A DNA stretch of 64,000 bases from Candidatus Doudnabacteria bacterium (GCA_041497195.1 JBGQGB010000002.1:108140-172139), one strand, 5' to 3'; positions 1 to 9,017 are shown, counted from the first letter of the stretch. Notes: generated by a model not told the origin, from the sequence alone. Numbers and translations are program-made.

Positions 1-577
1 ACGAGTGAACCGCGAGCAGTTTGAGCAAGAATTCGAAAAACACCAGGCTCTCTCCCGGACTTCCTCTGCTGGCCGGTTCAAAGGAGGTCTGGCAGATTCT
101 TCCATGGAGACGACCAGACTTCACACTACTCATCACCTCTTGCTCAAGGCTTTGCAGGTAGTCCTGGGGCCGGATGTAAAACAGCGCGGCAGTAATATTA
201 CCGCCAAGCGCCTGCGCATTGATTTTAGTTATGCAATGAAATTGACTGATGAGCAGAAGCAAGAGATGGAGCGGATCGTGAACGAGAAAATTGGGGAAGA
301 TCTGCCTGTCATCCGAAGCATGATGCCAAAGCTGGAGGCGGAACGGCTCGGAGCTGAGCATGAGTTTGGGCAAAAATACCCAGACCAAGTTTCCGTCTAC
401 TCAATCGGGCCCAAAGGCGCGACCTTGCAGAATCCCCAATTTGAAAAAGCGTTTTCAATCGAGTTTTGCGGCGGGCCGCATGTCGAGCACACTGGCCAGA
501 TCGGCGGCAAATTTAAAATCACGAAAGAGGAAGCAGTGGCCGCCGGTATTAGGCGGATTAAGGGTATTGTTGACTGA
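1..577 (+). CDS. alaS: Alanine--tRNA ligase, C-terminal editing domain (5'-truncated by window edge)
   Basis: HTTHH and EFCGGPH editing-site motifs, ending ..EEAVAAGIRRIKG; no C-Ala domain follows. Confidence 0.9.
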   Translation, partial: RVNREQFEQEFEKHQALSRTSSAGRFKGGLADSSMETTRLHTTHHLLLKALQVVLGPDVKQRGSNITAKRLRIDFSYAMKLTDEQKQEMERIVNEKIGEDLPVIRSMMPKLEAERLGAEHEFGQKYPDQVSVYSIGPKGATLQNPQFEKAFSIEFCGGPHVEHTGQIGGKFKITKEEAVAAGIRRIKGIVD

Positions 578-1137
578 ACAATAATCTGAAGTCATATACT
601 TCTCCAAAAGTTAGAGTTCGTGAGAGCAAAATTGGGCAGGGGCTTTTTGCCATTGCGCAGATTAGCAAAGGAGAGCTTGTTATTGATTATCAGCGCGCGC
701 CCGGGAAATTCTTGAGCGCAAAACAGGCAGACTATTTCTATGCCCAAGGGAATGATTATATGATACAGATCGATGAAGATAAATTTTTTATAGCGACCAT
801 CGCTTCCGAGTTGGAGGAAGCCGATTTTTTGAATCATTCCTGCGACCCTTCATGCGGGATTGGCGGAAATTTGCGAATTGTTGCGATTAGAGACATCGGG
901 CCAGGTGAAGAGGTGACGATTGATTATGCGATGTCTGAAAGCTCTGAGTATGAGATGAATTGTAAATGTTCAAGTAGCAATTGCAGAGGAGTCGTGCGAG
1001 GAAAGGATTGGCGAGATAGAAAGTTGCAGATGAAATATCGTGGATTTTTTTCTGATTATTTACGCAAGAAGATTGAAATAGTAACGGCAGCCCAAAAGTC
1101 TGAGGAATTTAATTTAAGCAATTTAAAAGCCGCTTGA
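574..1137 (+). CDS. SET-domain protein-lysine methyltransferase with post-SET cysteines
   Basis: NHSCDP, GEEVTIDY and CKCSSSNCRG motifs; the frame stays open upstream of track ORF 712 (SPKVRVRESKIGQGLFA..KGE) back to CTG at 574, preceded by in-frame TGA at 571. Confidence 0.85.
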   Translation: MNNNLKSYTSPKVRVRESKIGQGLFAIAQISKGELVIDYQRAPGKFLSAKQADYFYAQGNDYMIQIDEDKFFIATIASELEEADFLNHSCDPSCGIGGNLRIVAIRDIGPGEEVTIDYAMSESSEYEMNCKCSSSNCRGVVRGKDWRDRKLQMKYRGFFSDYLRKKIEIVTAAQKSEEFNLSNLKAA

Positions 1138-1143
1138 TATAAT
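1135..1143 (+). promoter_or_regulatory. Extended -10 box (TGnTATAAT) 6 nt before ATG; probable leaderless transcript
   Basis: TGATATAAT-tgtttt-ATG(1150). Confidence 0.6.
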
Positions 1144-1149
1144 TGTTTT

Positions 1150-2064
1150 ATGAATTGGTTTTCGATAACATTAGTCATTCTCGGACTTTGTTTGTTTGAA
1201 ACTGTCTCGAGCGTGGACAACGCTATCATCAATGCCGAGGTTCTCTCCACCATGGGCGCTCGGTCGCGGCGCTGGTTTTTGAGCTGGGGAGTGCTTTTTG
1301 CAGTCTTTGCGGTCCGGGGCCTGCTGCCTTTTCTCGTGGTGTGGCTGTCGACCCCCGGCCTCAGTCCGGGTCAGGCTTTTACTGCCTCGTTTTCTTCAGA
1401 CCCGCGCGTCATTGAAGCCGTACACGTGGCTGCGCCTTTGCTTCTGATGGCGGGCGGGGTGTTTCTGATATTTTTGTTTTTGCACTGGCTGTTTTTGGAA
1501 CCCAAAAGCTATGGGCTGATCGGGGAGCGGTTTTTTCACTCCCAGGGCTTGTGGTTTTTCGCCGTGGTTTCTCTGCTTTTGAGTTTCATCGTCTGGCAGG
1601 CACTCAAGCTGAATCCCTTTTTGGCTTTTGCGGCCGTGCTCGGCTCGACCGCGTTTTTCATCACGCACGGTTTCAAAGAAAACGCCGCTATCAAGGAAAA
1701 AGAACTGATGAAAAGCGGCCTTTCCGACGTGAGCAAGATTTTCTATCTGGAAATGATCGATGCCACTTTTTCCATCGACGGAGTCTTGGGCGCGTTTGCT
1801 TTCACCCTGTCCGTGCCGCTCATCCTTCTAGGCAACAGCCTCGGCGCCATTTTGGTCCGAAATATCACGGTGAGTAACATCCAACGGATCAAAAAATATC
1901 GCTTTTTGAAAAACGGTGCCATGTATTCGATTTTGTTTTTGGGGCTCATCATGCTTTTGGATGGCTTTGGGTTACGAGTTCCGGAGTGGCTCTCGCCCGT
2001 GACGACATTTTTGACCGTGGGCTATTTCTTTTTCAAATCAAAAGCCGCCCTCAGGAGCTTCTGA
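1150..2064 (+). CDS. DUF475 / TerC-like integral membrane protein
   Basis: LFETVSSVDNAIINA and YLEMIDATFSIDGVLGAFA motifs; many transmembrane segments. Confidence 0.85.
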   Translation: MNWFSITLVILGLCLFETVSSVDNAIINAEVLSTMGARSRRWFLSWGVLFAVFAVRGLLPFLVVWLSTPGLSPGQAFTASFSSDPRVIEAVHVAAPLLLMAGGVFLIFLFLHWLFLEPKSYGLIGERFFHSQGLWFFAVVSLLLSFIVWQALKLNPFLAFAAVLGSTAFFITHGFKENAAIKEKELMKSGLSDVSKIFYLEMIDATFSIDGVLGAFAFTLSVPLILLGNSLGAILVRNITVSNIQRIKKYRFLKNGAMYSILFLGLIMLLDGFGLRVPEWLSPVTTFLTVGYFFFKSKAALRSF

Positions 2065-2106
2065 CGCATCTCCTGCCCTTTGTAGATTAGACTCTACAGC
2101 ATTTCC

Positions 2107-2115
2107 TGTTATAAT
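2107..2115 (+). promoter_or_regulatory. Extended -10 box 6 nt before ATG 2122
   Basis: TGTTATAAT-atggtc-ATG. Confidence 0.55.
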
Positions 2116-2121
2116 ATGGTC

Positions 2122-2973
2122 ATGATAAGCCTCGAGAAGACGTCAGGGCTCCCTATCGAGATGAGGGATGATTTTTCTTTGGCTTTCGGAGCAGGAGTGG
2201 CTGCGGTCAAGGCGCAAGTCCGCGAGTTTTCGTCCATGAAAAACTATCTCAAGGACCCCCAAGCGCAGTTTGGCCGCCGCGACGTCTATCATATTTATCG
2301 CGATGTGTCCCTGGAGGCCGATGCGGAGAGGATCAGGACGGCCGGGGTGCAGTATGATTTGACTGTGATACCCCCGGGCATGATCGGCGATGAATTCGTC
2401 AAAACCATCGGACACTATCATCCTTACAAACCAGGAACAGCGGTCCGCTATCCGGAAGTATACGAGGTAATCCACGGCCAGGTGTTTTGGATCTTGCAGC
2501 GCCCAAGCGAGGATTTCGAACGGCTAGAAGAGGTGTATCTGATCCGCGGGGGTCGCGGCAGCAAACTGGTAGTGCCGCCTTCGTTCGGCCACGTCAGCGT
2601 CAATCCAACGGATGAAGTCCTGGTTCTTTCCAATTGGCAGCCGCGCGGCCTCGAGCCTCTGTATGAATCTTATGAAACTCACAATGGCGCGGCGTACTAT
2701 GTGACTCGTTCGGAAAGGCTGTCCAAAACAGGCAGCACGTCGACCAATTTTGAATTCGTGCCGAACTTGAGCTACAAATCCGTGCCGGAACTGCAGCCGG
2801 CGGAGTCGCGCGAATTGCCCCAGTATAATTTACGAAGCGCCCTGCCGATTTATTTTACGGGAACGAAAGATTTGTCCACTTTGGATTTTTTGACCAATCC
2901 GGAAAAGTATCTCGACGATTTGACTGTCAATAAACTGTTGAGTCCGCAAGTCTATGAAAAGTTTAGATATTAG
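2122..2973 (+). CDS. Cupin-type (archaeal-type) glucose-6-phosphate isomerase
   Basis: KTIGHYHP, YPEVYEV and VPPSFGHVSVNP cupin motifs; start 2116 or 2122. Confidence 0.85.
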   Translation: MISLEKTSGLPIEMRDDFSLAFGAGVAAVKAQVREFSSMKNYLKDPQAQFGRRDVYHIYRDVSLEADAERIRTAGVQYDLTVIPPGMIGDEFVKTIGHYHPYKPGTAVRYPEVYEVIHGQVFWILQRPSEDFERLEEVYLIRGGRGSKLVVPPSFGHVSVNPTDEVLVLSNWQPRGLEPLYESYETHNGAAYYVTRSERLSKTGSTSTNFEFVPNLSYKSVPELQPAESRELPQYNLRSALPIYFTGTKDLSTLDFLTNPEKYLDDLTVNKLLSPQVYEKFRY

Positions 2974-4288
2974 GCCAGCCGGGAGTAGTCCGAAGCGCCC
3001 GTTTTTGAAGAAAGCGCCCATCTCTGCCCCGGAAAAAACCGAAAAATTCCCGTCGTTTCGGGTCCAGAGAGTGCCGAAGCAGGCAATGCCCAATTTGATG
3101 GGAGCCGTCGTGAGAAAAAAAATTCCAAAAACCGCGACAACGGTTGTCGGCATCGCTTTGCTGGTACTGGGGCTGATCAGTTTTTTCGTTTTGCCCGAGG
3201 CCCGGATACAAGTGACATTGAGAAGCGAGCCGGCTACTCGCGATTTTCAAATTCACGTGGATAAGAGCCAAACTCAGGTAGATGCGTCAAACCTGGCTGT
3301 CCCGGCTAAATATCTTGAACAGGAAATTTCCGGGACCAAAACTTTCATCCCGACCGGGGCTCGCAACGTGGGCAAGACCGCCTCGGGATTTGTCTATATT
3401 TACAATTTCGCCAAAACCCCGCTCATTCTCAAAGCGCAGACTACCACCCTCACGGCCAACGGGCACCAGTATTTTTTTACGCAAGACGTCGCCAACATCC
3501 GGCCGACCGCCCTGATTGGTTTGGATAATCCGGAAGTCGACCCCACGAGTCTCATCCCGCCCGTGCCAGTCGTGGCATCAGGTCCCGGCGGCGAGTACAA
3601 CTTGCCGAAAGGCTCCCGGATCGAGATCAGCAATGAAGCGTTTGGCAGCCAGCCGAAACTTCTATACGCGGTCGTGGCCGAGGACGTCGCCGGAGGCACC
3701 AACCAGCAAGTCAAAATTGTCACAGCCGGGGATGTCGCCGCTTCGTACGCGGCAGTCACCAAAGATCTCGTGGATGGGGCGCGTCAGGTCCTCGTCACCC
3801 AGAATCCTGACGCCAAACTTTTGGACAACGCCGCGACAGCGGATGTGCTGGAGCAAAAGACTTCGGTCCCGGCGGGCACGCAAGCGGATCAATTTGAAGC
3901 GACTGTAAAAATAAAATTGCGAGGCCTCGCTTATAATGACGCTGATATTCGCGACATCATAATGCAGCGGATCGAGCGGTTATTGCCTGCGAACAAAGTT
4001 TTGAAAAAAGACCAGTCCACGAGTGTTGCGTCCAATTTTACCTTTGTGAACATCGACCAGGGCCAGGGGACGCTGGCCGCACATTTTGAGGGGGAAGTAG
4101 TCTACCGGGTGGACCCGCAGGAACTAACCGAGCGGGTCAAAGGCAAAAATGCCGCCGAGATCAAGGAAATCCTGCTGTCTCGACCGGAAATCCAGAGTGC
4201 GGAAGTCCGTTTTTACCCTTTCTGGGTAAAGAAAGCGCCTACCTTCTCCAGCAAGATCTATTTCGACGTTCAGCAACCGGCCACTTGA
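2954..4288 (+). CDS. Membrane-anchored baseplate-J-like domain protein
   Basis: One N-terminal TM helix followed by LPEARIQV; ASGPGGEYNL, GGT..VKIVT and C-terminal YPFWVKKAP patterns. Confidence 0.6.
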   Translation: MKSLDIRPAGSSPKRPFLKKAPISAPEKTEKFPSFRVQRVPKQAMPNLMGAVVRKKIPKTATTVVGIALLVLGLISFFVLPEARIQVTLRSEPATRDFQIHVDKSQTQVDASNLAVPAKYLEQEISGTKTFIPTGARNVGKTASGFVYIYNFAKTPLILKAQTTTLTANGHQYFFTQDVANIRPTALIGLDNPEVDPTSLIPPVPVVASGPGGEYNLPKGSRIEISNEAFGSQPKLLYAVVAEDVAGGTNQQVKIVTAGDVAASYAAVTKDLVDGARQVLVTQNPDAKLLDNAATADVLEQKTSVPAGTQADQFEATVKIKLRGLAYNDADIRDIIMQRIERLLPANKVLKKDQSTSVASNFTFVNIDQGQGTLAAHFEGEVVYRVDPQELTERVKGKNAAEIKEILLSRPEIQSAEVRFYPFWVKKAPTFSSKIYFDVQQPAT

Positions 4289-4317
4289 CCCCCCATTATT
4301 TTAAAATAGTGGGGGGT
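4288..4317 (+). terminator. Near-perfect palindrome/hairpin abutting the next promoter
   Basis: ACCCCCCATTATTTT/AAAATAGTGGGGGGT. Confidence 0.5.
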
Positions 4318-4345
4318 TGACACCCTTGTCTTTTCCTGTTATTAT
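4317..4345 (+). promoter_or_regulatory. Sigma70 promoter of the infA-alpha operon
   Basis: TTGACA-17 nt-TATTAT with TG extension. Confidence 0.75.
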
Positions 4346-4372
4346 TTTTTTACTAATCAATTAGCAGATAGT

Positions 4373-4660
4373 TTGATAAACGCACCGGTTTCTCAAGACT
4401 TCGGAGAGAACAGATCCAGTTCGAATACGAAGGAAAAAATAGAAATCGAAGGCAAGGTCATCGAGGCTTTGCCGAATACTTTGTTTCGTGTGCAAATTGA
4501 CGCCGGCCCTGGTAGACCGGCCAATTCCGGGCAGGAGATTTTGGCGCACATCGCAGGACGGCTGCGCGTCAATCGAATCAGAATTTTGCCCGGGGACAGG
4601 GTTCGGGTCGAGCTGACCCCCTATGACCTCAAACGCGGCAGAATAACCAGACGATTATAA
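4373..4660 (+). CDS. infA: Translation initiation factor IF-1
   Basis: [47 protein letters not shown]; start uncertain. Confidence 0.95.
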   Translation: MINAPVSQDFGENRSSSNTKEKIEIEGKVIEALPNTLFRVQIDAGPGRPANSGQEILAHIAGRLRVNRIRILPGDRVRVELTPYDLKRGRITRRL

Positions 4661-4678
4661 TTTACATAAGGTGAATGA

Positions 4679-4792
4679 ATGAAAGTCCGTGCTTCAGTGA
4701 AAAAAATGTGCAAAAAATGCAAGATTATCCGGCGCAAAGGCCGCGTCTTTATCATTTGCGACAATCCCAAGCATAAACAAAGGCAGGGCTGA
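4679..4792 (+). CDS. rpmJ: 50S ribosomal protein L36 (zinc-binding form)
   Basis: Read directly (below ORF-track cutoff): [37 protein letters not shown]. Confidence 0.97.
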   Translation: MKVRASVKKMCKKCKIIRRKGRVFIICDNPKHKQRQG

Positions 4793-4831
4793 TTAAACAG
4801 TTATTTAAGGTTCCCAAAACGAGTCACGACG

Positions 4832-5227
4832 ATGGCGAGCATCCGTATTGCGGGAGTCAACCTCCCATTACAAAAACGCATTGAAGCAGCTCTCCCATAT
4901 ATTTACGGGATCGGTTTTCCGCGCGCGCGCAAGATTCTCAAAGAAGTGAAAATTGACCCGGGCAAACGCACCTCCGAGCTGAGCGAATCCGAAGTCAGCA
5001 AACTGAAAGAATTCATCGAAGGCAATTTCAAAGTCGAAGGCGCCCTGCGGCAAGAAGTCTTGCAGAACATCAAGCGCCTCAAGGAAATCGGTGCGTTTCG
5101 CGGGATCCGGCATATCCGGGGGTTGCCCGCGCGCGGTCAGCGCACCAGGACCAATTCCCGCACAGTGCGCGGCAACGTCCGCAAGACTGCTGGCTCCGGC
5201 CGCAAAGCCTCGTCTGAGAAGACATAA
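4832..5227 (+). CDS. rpsM: 30S ribosomal protein S13
   Basis: RIAGVNLP..IYGIG..RGIRHIRGLPARGQRTRTNSRT. Confidence 0.97.
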   Translation: MASIRIAGVNLPLQKRIEAALPYIYGIGFPRARKILKEVKIDPGKRTSELSESEVSKLKEFIEGNFKVEGALRQEVLQNIKRLKEIGAFRGIRHIRGLPARGQRTRTNSRTVRGNVRKTAGSGRKASSEKT

Positions 5228-5235
5228 TCAGGAAG

Positions 5236-5260
5236 TAGCTGTTAGCTTGTAGCTTGTTAG
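5236..5260. repeat. Degenerate heptamer tandem repeat (TAGCTTG-like)
   Basis: tagctgt tagcttg tagcttg ttag; similar array at 61785. Confidence 0.5.
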
Positions 5261-5304
5261 GCGAATGTTTAAGAACCTAAATCATTAGCGAAGAACGGAG
5301 TCGA

Positions 5305-5745
5305 ATGGGCGAACAAAAAGTCAAAACAATGGAAGGCACTGGGCAAACGGACGCCAAAGCGGGGCCCAAAGCAGCCGGCGCGAAAAAAGCCAAGCATAAA
5401 GTGCCGCGCGGCCGCATTTACGTGCAATCCACTTACAACAACACCATCATCACGGTGACAGATCCGACCGGAAATGTCGTGGGATGGGGCAGCGCGGGAT
5501 TGGCCGGGTTTAAAGGCAGCAAAAAATCAACTCCCTACGCGGCTCAGCGCACCATGGAAGAACTCATGACCAAACTCAAAAACGTCGAGCTGCGGGAAGT
5601 AGATGTATTTATCAAAGGCGTCGGCTCGGGCCGGGACTCTGCGATCAGGGCTTTGCAGGGAGCCGGCATTGAGGTTTTGTCTATCAAAGACGTGACCCCG
5701 ATACGCCATGGCGGGGTGCGGCCCAAGAAAGTGAGGAGAGTATGA
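5305..5745 (+). CDS. rpsK: 30S ribosomal protein S11
   Basis: STYNNTIIT..GFKGSKKSTPYAAQ..DVTPIRHGG. Confidence 0.97.
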   Translation: MGEQKVKTMEGTGQTDAKAGPKAAGAKKAKHKVPRGRIYVQSTYNNTIITVTDPTGNVVGWGSAGLAGFKGSKKSTPYAAQRTMEELMTKLKNVELREVDVFIKGVGSGRDSAIRALQGAGIEVLSIKDVTPIRHGGVRPKKVRRV

Positions 5746-6347
5746 GAAAAATCGGTCCGAAAACCAGACTGGCCCGGCGAATCGGGGAGCCGCTGCGGGA
5801 CAAAGACGTCAAGATTTTGACCAAGCGCAATTATCCTCCTGGCATGCATGGTCAGAGTCGGCAGCGTCGCTCCGAGTACGGGATGCAGCTTTCGGCCAAA
5901 CAGAAAGCCAAGTGGATCTATCAGCTGAGCGAGCGGCAGTTCCGTACTTATGTGGATGCCAGTGCGCGAAACCGCGCGTTGACTTCTGCCGTGCTTTTGG
6001 CCTTGCTGGAGCTGCGGCTCGACAACGTGGTTTACCGCCTCGGCATCGGCGCCTCGCGAGCGCAAGCGAGACAGCTCGTCTCCCATGGTTTCATCACAGT
6101 GAATACCAAGAAAGTCAATCTGCCGTCGTACCAGGTCAAGGTCGGGGATGAGATCGGGATCGCTCCAAACAAGAAAGCTTCGAAATACCTCCAGATCCGC
6201 GAACCGGCTTTGCGCGAATACAAGCCCCAGGAGTGGTTGTCCTTTGATGTCAAAGCTTGGACCGGCAAGGTCTTGTCCAAACCGACCCTTGACAATACCG
6301 GTTCGACCTTGCAGATTGACTCGATCATCGAACACTACAGCCGATAG
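5742..6347 (+). CDS. rpsD: 30S ribosomal protein S4
   Basis: YPPGMHG, SEYGMQL, LELRLDNVVYRLG, ARQLVSHG, IIEHYSR. Confidence 0.97.
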   Translation: MRKIGPKTRLARRIGEPLRDKDVKILTKRNYPPGMHGQSRQRRSEYGMQLSAKQKAKWIYQLSERQFRTYVDASARNRALTSAVLLALLELRLDNVVYRLGIGASRAQARQLVSHGFITVNTKKVNLPSYQVKVGDEIGIAPNKKASKYLQIREPALREYKPQEWLSFDVKAWTGKVLSKPTLDNTGSTLQIDSIIEHYSR

Positions 6348-6383
6348 TTTTTTTAAACAGTTAATTTTTTTGAGAGGGAAACT

Positions 6384-7340
6384 ATGGAAAATCTCATTCC
6401 GCTACCCAACAAAATTTATTTCGCGAAAGAAGAGAAATTCAAATCTCAGGTAATCATCGAGCCTCTTTATCCCGGCTACGGGATGACCATTGGTAATGCT
6501 TTGCGCCGCGTGCTTTTGTCTTCTTTGCCCGGTGCCGCGGTGACGGCCGTGAAGATCAAGGGCGTCGATCATGAGTTTTCCTCGATTCAAAACGTCACCG
6601 AAGACGTCGTCGATATCATTTTGAACCTCAAAAAGTTGCGTTTGCGCATGGATGCCCAGGAGCCAGTGAAGCTCGAGCTTCGGGCTAAGGGCCAAAAAGA
6701 AGTGTACGCCTCGGACATCAAGGTCGACTCACGAGTCGAGATCATCAACAAGGATTTGCTCATTGCCACGCTTGACGCCAAAAATACTGATTTTTTCATG
6801 GAAATCATCGTGGAGCCAGGCCGCGGCTACGTGCCGGTCGAACAGCGCGAGAGCGAAAAACTGGAAATCGGGATGATCTCGGTGGACGCCATTTTCACGC
6901 CCATGCGCAACGTCAATTTTGAGGTGGAGAACGTGCGCGTCGGCAAAATCACCAATTACGACAAATTGACCATTACTATGGAAACAGACGGAACGACTAC
7001 CGGCCGGGAAGCCATGGACCTTGCTTCTCAGATTTTGGTTGATCACTTCGCGCTTCTCAAGACTGCGGAAGCAGGCGAGGAAGTGCCGGCTCCGGTCAAG
7101 GAAGCAGCCCCGGAAGAGGCGGAACTGGTCATTGAGGAAGGCGCTGGAGTGACTGCGGGAGACGACCTCAAGGCTTTGGGCCTCTCGAACCGGGCATACA
7201 ACGCGCTCGTGAAAAACAACGCCACTCTCCAGGAGCTCAAGAAAATGACGCGCGAGGACCTGCAGAAACTCGAAGGCTTGGGCGCCAAATCAATCGATGA
7301 GATTTTAAAAGTTTTGGAAACGCATGAGGCATCGGAATAA
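6384..7340 (+). CDS. rpoA: RNA polymerase subunit alpha
   Basis: EPLYPGYGMTIGNALRRVLLSSLPGAA; alpha-CTD LGLSNRAYNAL..GLGAKSIDEI. Confidence 0.98.
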   Translation: MENLIPLPNKIYFAKEEKFKSQVIIEPLYPGYGMTIGNALRRVLLSSLPGAAVTAVKIKGVDHEFSSIQNVTEDVVDIILNLKKLRLRMDAQEPVKLELRAKGQKEVYASDIKVDSRVEIINKDLLIATLDAKNTDFFMEIIVEPGRGYVPVEQRESEKLEIGMISVDAIFTPMRNVNFEVENVRVGKITNYDKLTITMETDGTTTGREAMDLASQILVDHFALLKTAEAGEEVPAPVKEAAPEEAELVIEEGAGVTAGDDLKALGLSNRAYNALVKNNATLQELKKMTREDLQKLEGLGAKSIDEILKVLETHEASE

Positions 7341-7668
7341 AAGACATTTACGCGGCAGCGCTGACAGACAACGCAAAGAGCTACGGGCCCTGGCCACTGC
7401 TCTGGTTTTGTACGAACGCATCGAGACCACCCAGGCTCGCGCCAGACTGGCGCGCACTGCCGTGGAAAAAATGATTACGCGCGGCAAGCAACCGGGGCTA
7501 GTCACTGTCCGGCATTTGCGCCGCGACCTGCCGCTGAACGCGGTCAAAAAAATCGTGGAAGTGCTGGGACCGCGCTACCTGAGCAGACCCGGCGGCTATA
7601 CGCGAATTTTACATAATGGAAAATTTAGAGACGGCGGCACGAAAGTGCTACTGGAGTTTGTAAAATAA
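7324..7668 (+). CDS. rplQ: 50S ribosomal protein L17
   Basis: MRHR..ERIETTQARA..RPGGYTRI. Confidence 0.96.
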   Translation: MRHRNKRHLRGSADRQRKELRALATALVLYERIETTQARARLARTAVEKMITRGKQPGLVTVRHLRRDLPLNAVKKIVEVLGPRYLSRPGGYTRILHNGKFRDGGTKVLLEFVK

Positions 7669-7674
7669 TTTTTT

Positions 7675-8112
7675 ATGAACCCTTCCCAGACGAGCAAAAC
7701 AACTTTACCGAAAGTTTCCGAGATCAAGCGGCAGTGGCTCGAGATAGACGCCAGCAAACACTCGCTCGGGCGACTCGCCAGCCGCATCGCCACGCTTTTG
7801 CGCGGCAAGCACAAAGTCAGTTTTACGCCGCATATGGATGTGGGCGATTTTGTGGTTGTGATCAATGCCAAGCAAATCAAAGTCACCGGCCGCAAGCTCA
7901 TCCAGAAAAAATATCACCGGTTTTCCGGTTATCCGGGCGGCATTACTACCACTATTTTGCGGGACGCGTTGCTCCGGTCGCCGCGTTTCGTCATTCACGA
8001 AGCCGTGCGGCGCATGCTGCCTACAAATCGGCTGCGCACGCCGATGCTGAAACGTATGAAGGTCATAGACGAGGACAAACACACTTTCAAAATTGACAAG
8101 AAATTAGACTAA
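7675..8112 (+). CDS. rplM: 50S ribosomal protein L13
   Basis: LGRLASRIATLLRGKHK..FTPHMDVGDFVVVINA..SGYPGG. Confidence 0.97.
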   Translation: MNPSQTSKTTLPKVSEIKRQWLEIDASKHSLGRLASRIATLLRGKHKVSFTPHMDVGDFVVVINAKQIKVTGRKLIQKKYHRFSGYPGGITTTILRDALLRSPRFVIHEAVRRMLPTNRLRTPMLKRMKVIDEDKHTFKIDKKLD

Positions 8113-8113
8113 G

Positions 8114-8656
8114 ATGCCACAAAAGAAAGTTACAAAAAAACCGGCTCACCGAAAAGTGGCGGCCAAGAAAGTCGCCAAAGAGCCAAAGCACGACGTGGTT
8201 GTACCCGAAGCCGCTGCAGTGGCAGAAGTGGTTGAAGCAAAAGAAACCAAGCCAGTTATTCACAAGCAGCGCTACGTTTCCTCCATCGGGCGCCGCAAGA
8301 CCTCTCAGGCTAAGATCAAACTCTGGGCCGAAGGCACTGGAGAGTTTACCGTCAACCAGAGAACGCTTGAGCATTATTTCCCGACTCTGCAATTGCAAAA
8401 ATTTGCCACCGAACCGCTGAGTGTGATGGGACTGCTCAAGAAAGTAAATGTAGTGGTCATCACGCGGGGCGGGGGGGTCAATTCCCAGTCGCAGGCCGTG
8501 GGGCTGGGTATAGCGCGGGCACTCTTGGGGCTGGATCCGAATATGAGGGCAACCATGAGGAAGTCAGGATTTCTCACTAGGGACGCCAGGAAGAAAGAGC
8601 GGAAAAAGCCTGGATTGAAGCGAGCCCGCCGGGCGCCACAGTGGCAAAAAAGATAG
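8114..8656 (+). CDS. rpsI: 30S ribosomal protein S9 with long N-terminal extension
   Basis: GRRKTS, GGGVNSQ, FLTRDARKKERKKPGLKRARRAPQWQKR. Confidence 0.97.
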   Translation: MPQKKVTKKPAHRKVAAKKVAKEPKHDVVVPEAAAVAEVVEAKETKPVIHKQRYVSSIGRRKTSQAKIKLWAEGTGEFTVNQRTLEHYFPTLQLQKFATEPLSVMGLLKKVNVVVITRGGGVNSQSQAVGLGIARALLGLDPNMRATMRKSGFLTRDARKKERKKPGLKRARRAPQWQKR

Positions 8657-8666
8657 CAATCTTTTT

Positions 8667-8690
8667 TGTCCTGAGCCGGTCGAATGGGCA
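8667..8690. repeat. REP-like hairpin (CCTGAGCnnGTCGAA type)
   Basis: TGTCCTGAGCCGGTCGAATGGGCA; related cores at 59071 and 59101. Confidence 0.45.
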
Positions 8691-8713
8691 AAAATACTAA
8701 ATACGAATTTTGG

Positions 8714-8741
8714 AACCAGTCCGAGTACTCGGACTGGTTTT
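8714..8741 (+). terminator. Perfect 26-bp palindrome plus T-run after rpsI
   Basis: AACCAGTCCGAGT/ACTCGGACTGGTT then TT. Confidence 0.7.
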
Positions 8742-8850
8742 ATAAACTTTGACTAGCCTAGATTAGCTTTTTTTGCTTTTCGCATTTATACTGCTTCATA
8801 ATCTTAAGGTATCTATTGAATTGTTATCATTTTTATGCTATAATGAGAAT

Positions 8851-9015
8851 ATGAAAAAATTCTATGCAGCAACAATCAAGCAGGAATCTCAAGGTTCTTC
8901 TCGTACGCCCACAGTACCGCATGTACCTGAAGAAAGACGAGAGTTAATAAGAGAAGCTGTAAAAAGAACATTTGATGATTATGGTGAAGCCCTAAAAAAG
9001 TTAGGGAGTGATTAA
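8851..9015 (+). CDS. Putative antitoxin of the Doc/Fic toxin (54 aa)
   Basis: Small ORF 2 nt upstream of the toxin; C-terminal FDDYGEALKKLG helix resembles Doc-cognate antitoxins; TGnTATAAT lies 6 nt before ATG. Confidence 0.6.
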   Translation: MKKFYAATIKQESQGSSRTPTVPHVPEERRELIREAVKRTFDDYGEALKKLGSD

Positions 9016-9017
9016 TA

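Noticed and set aside
2954-4288. Prophage or tailocin locus
   Set aside because: Only one baseplate-like gene; its neighbours are housekeeping genes.
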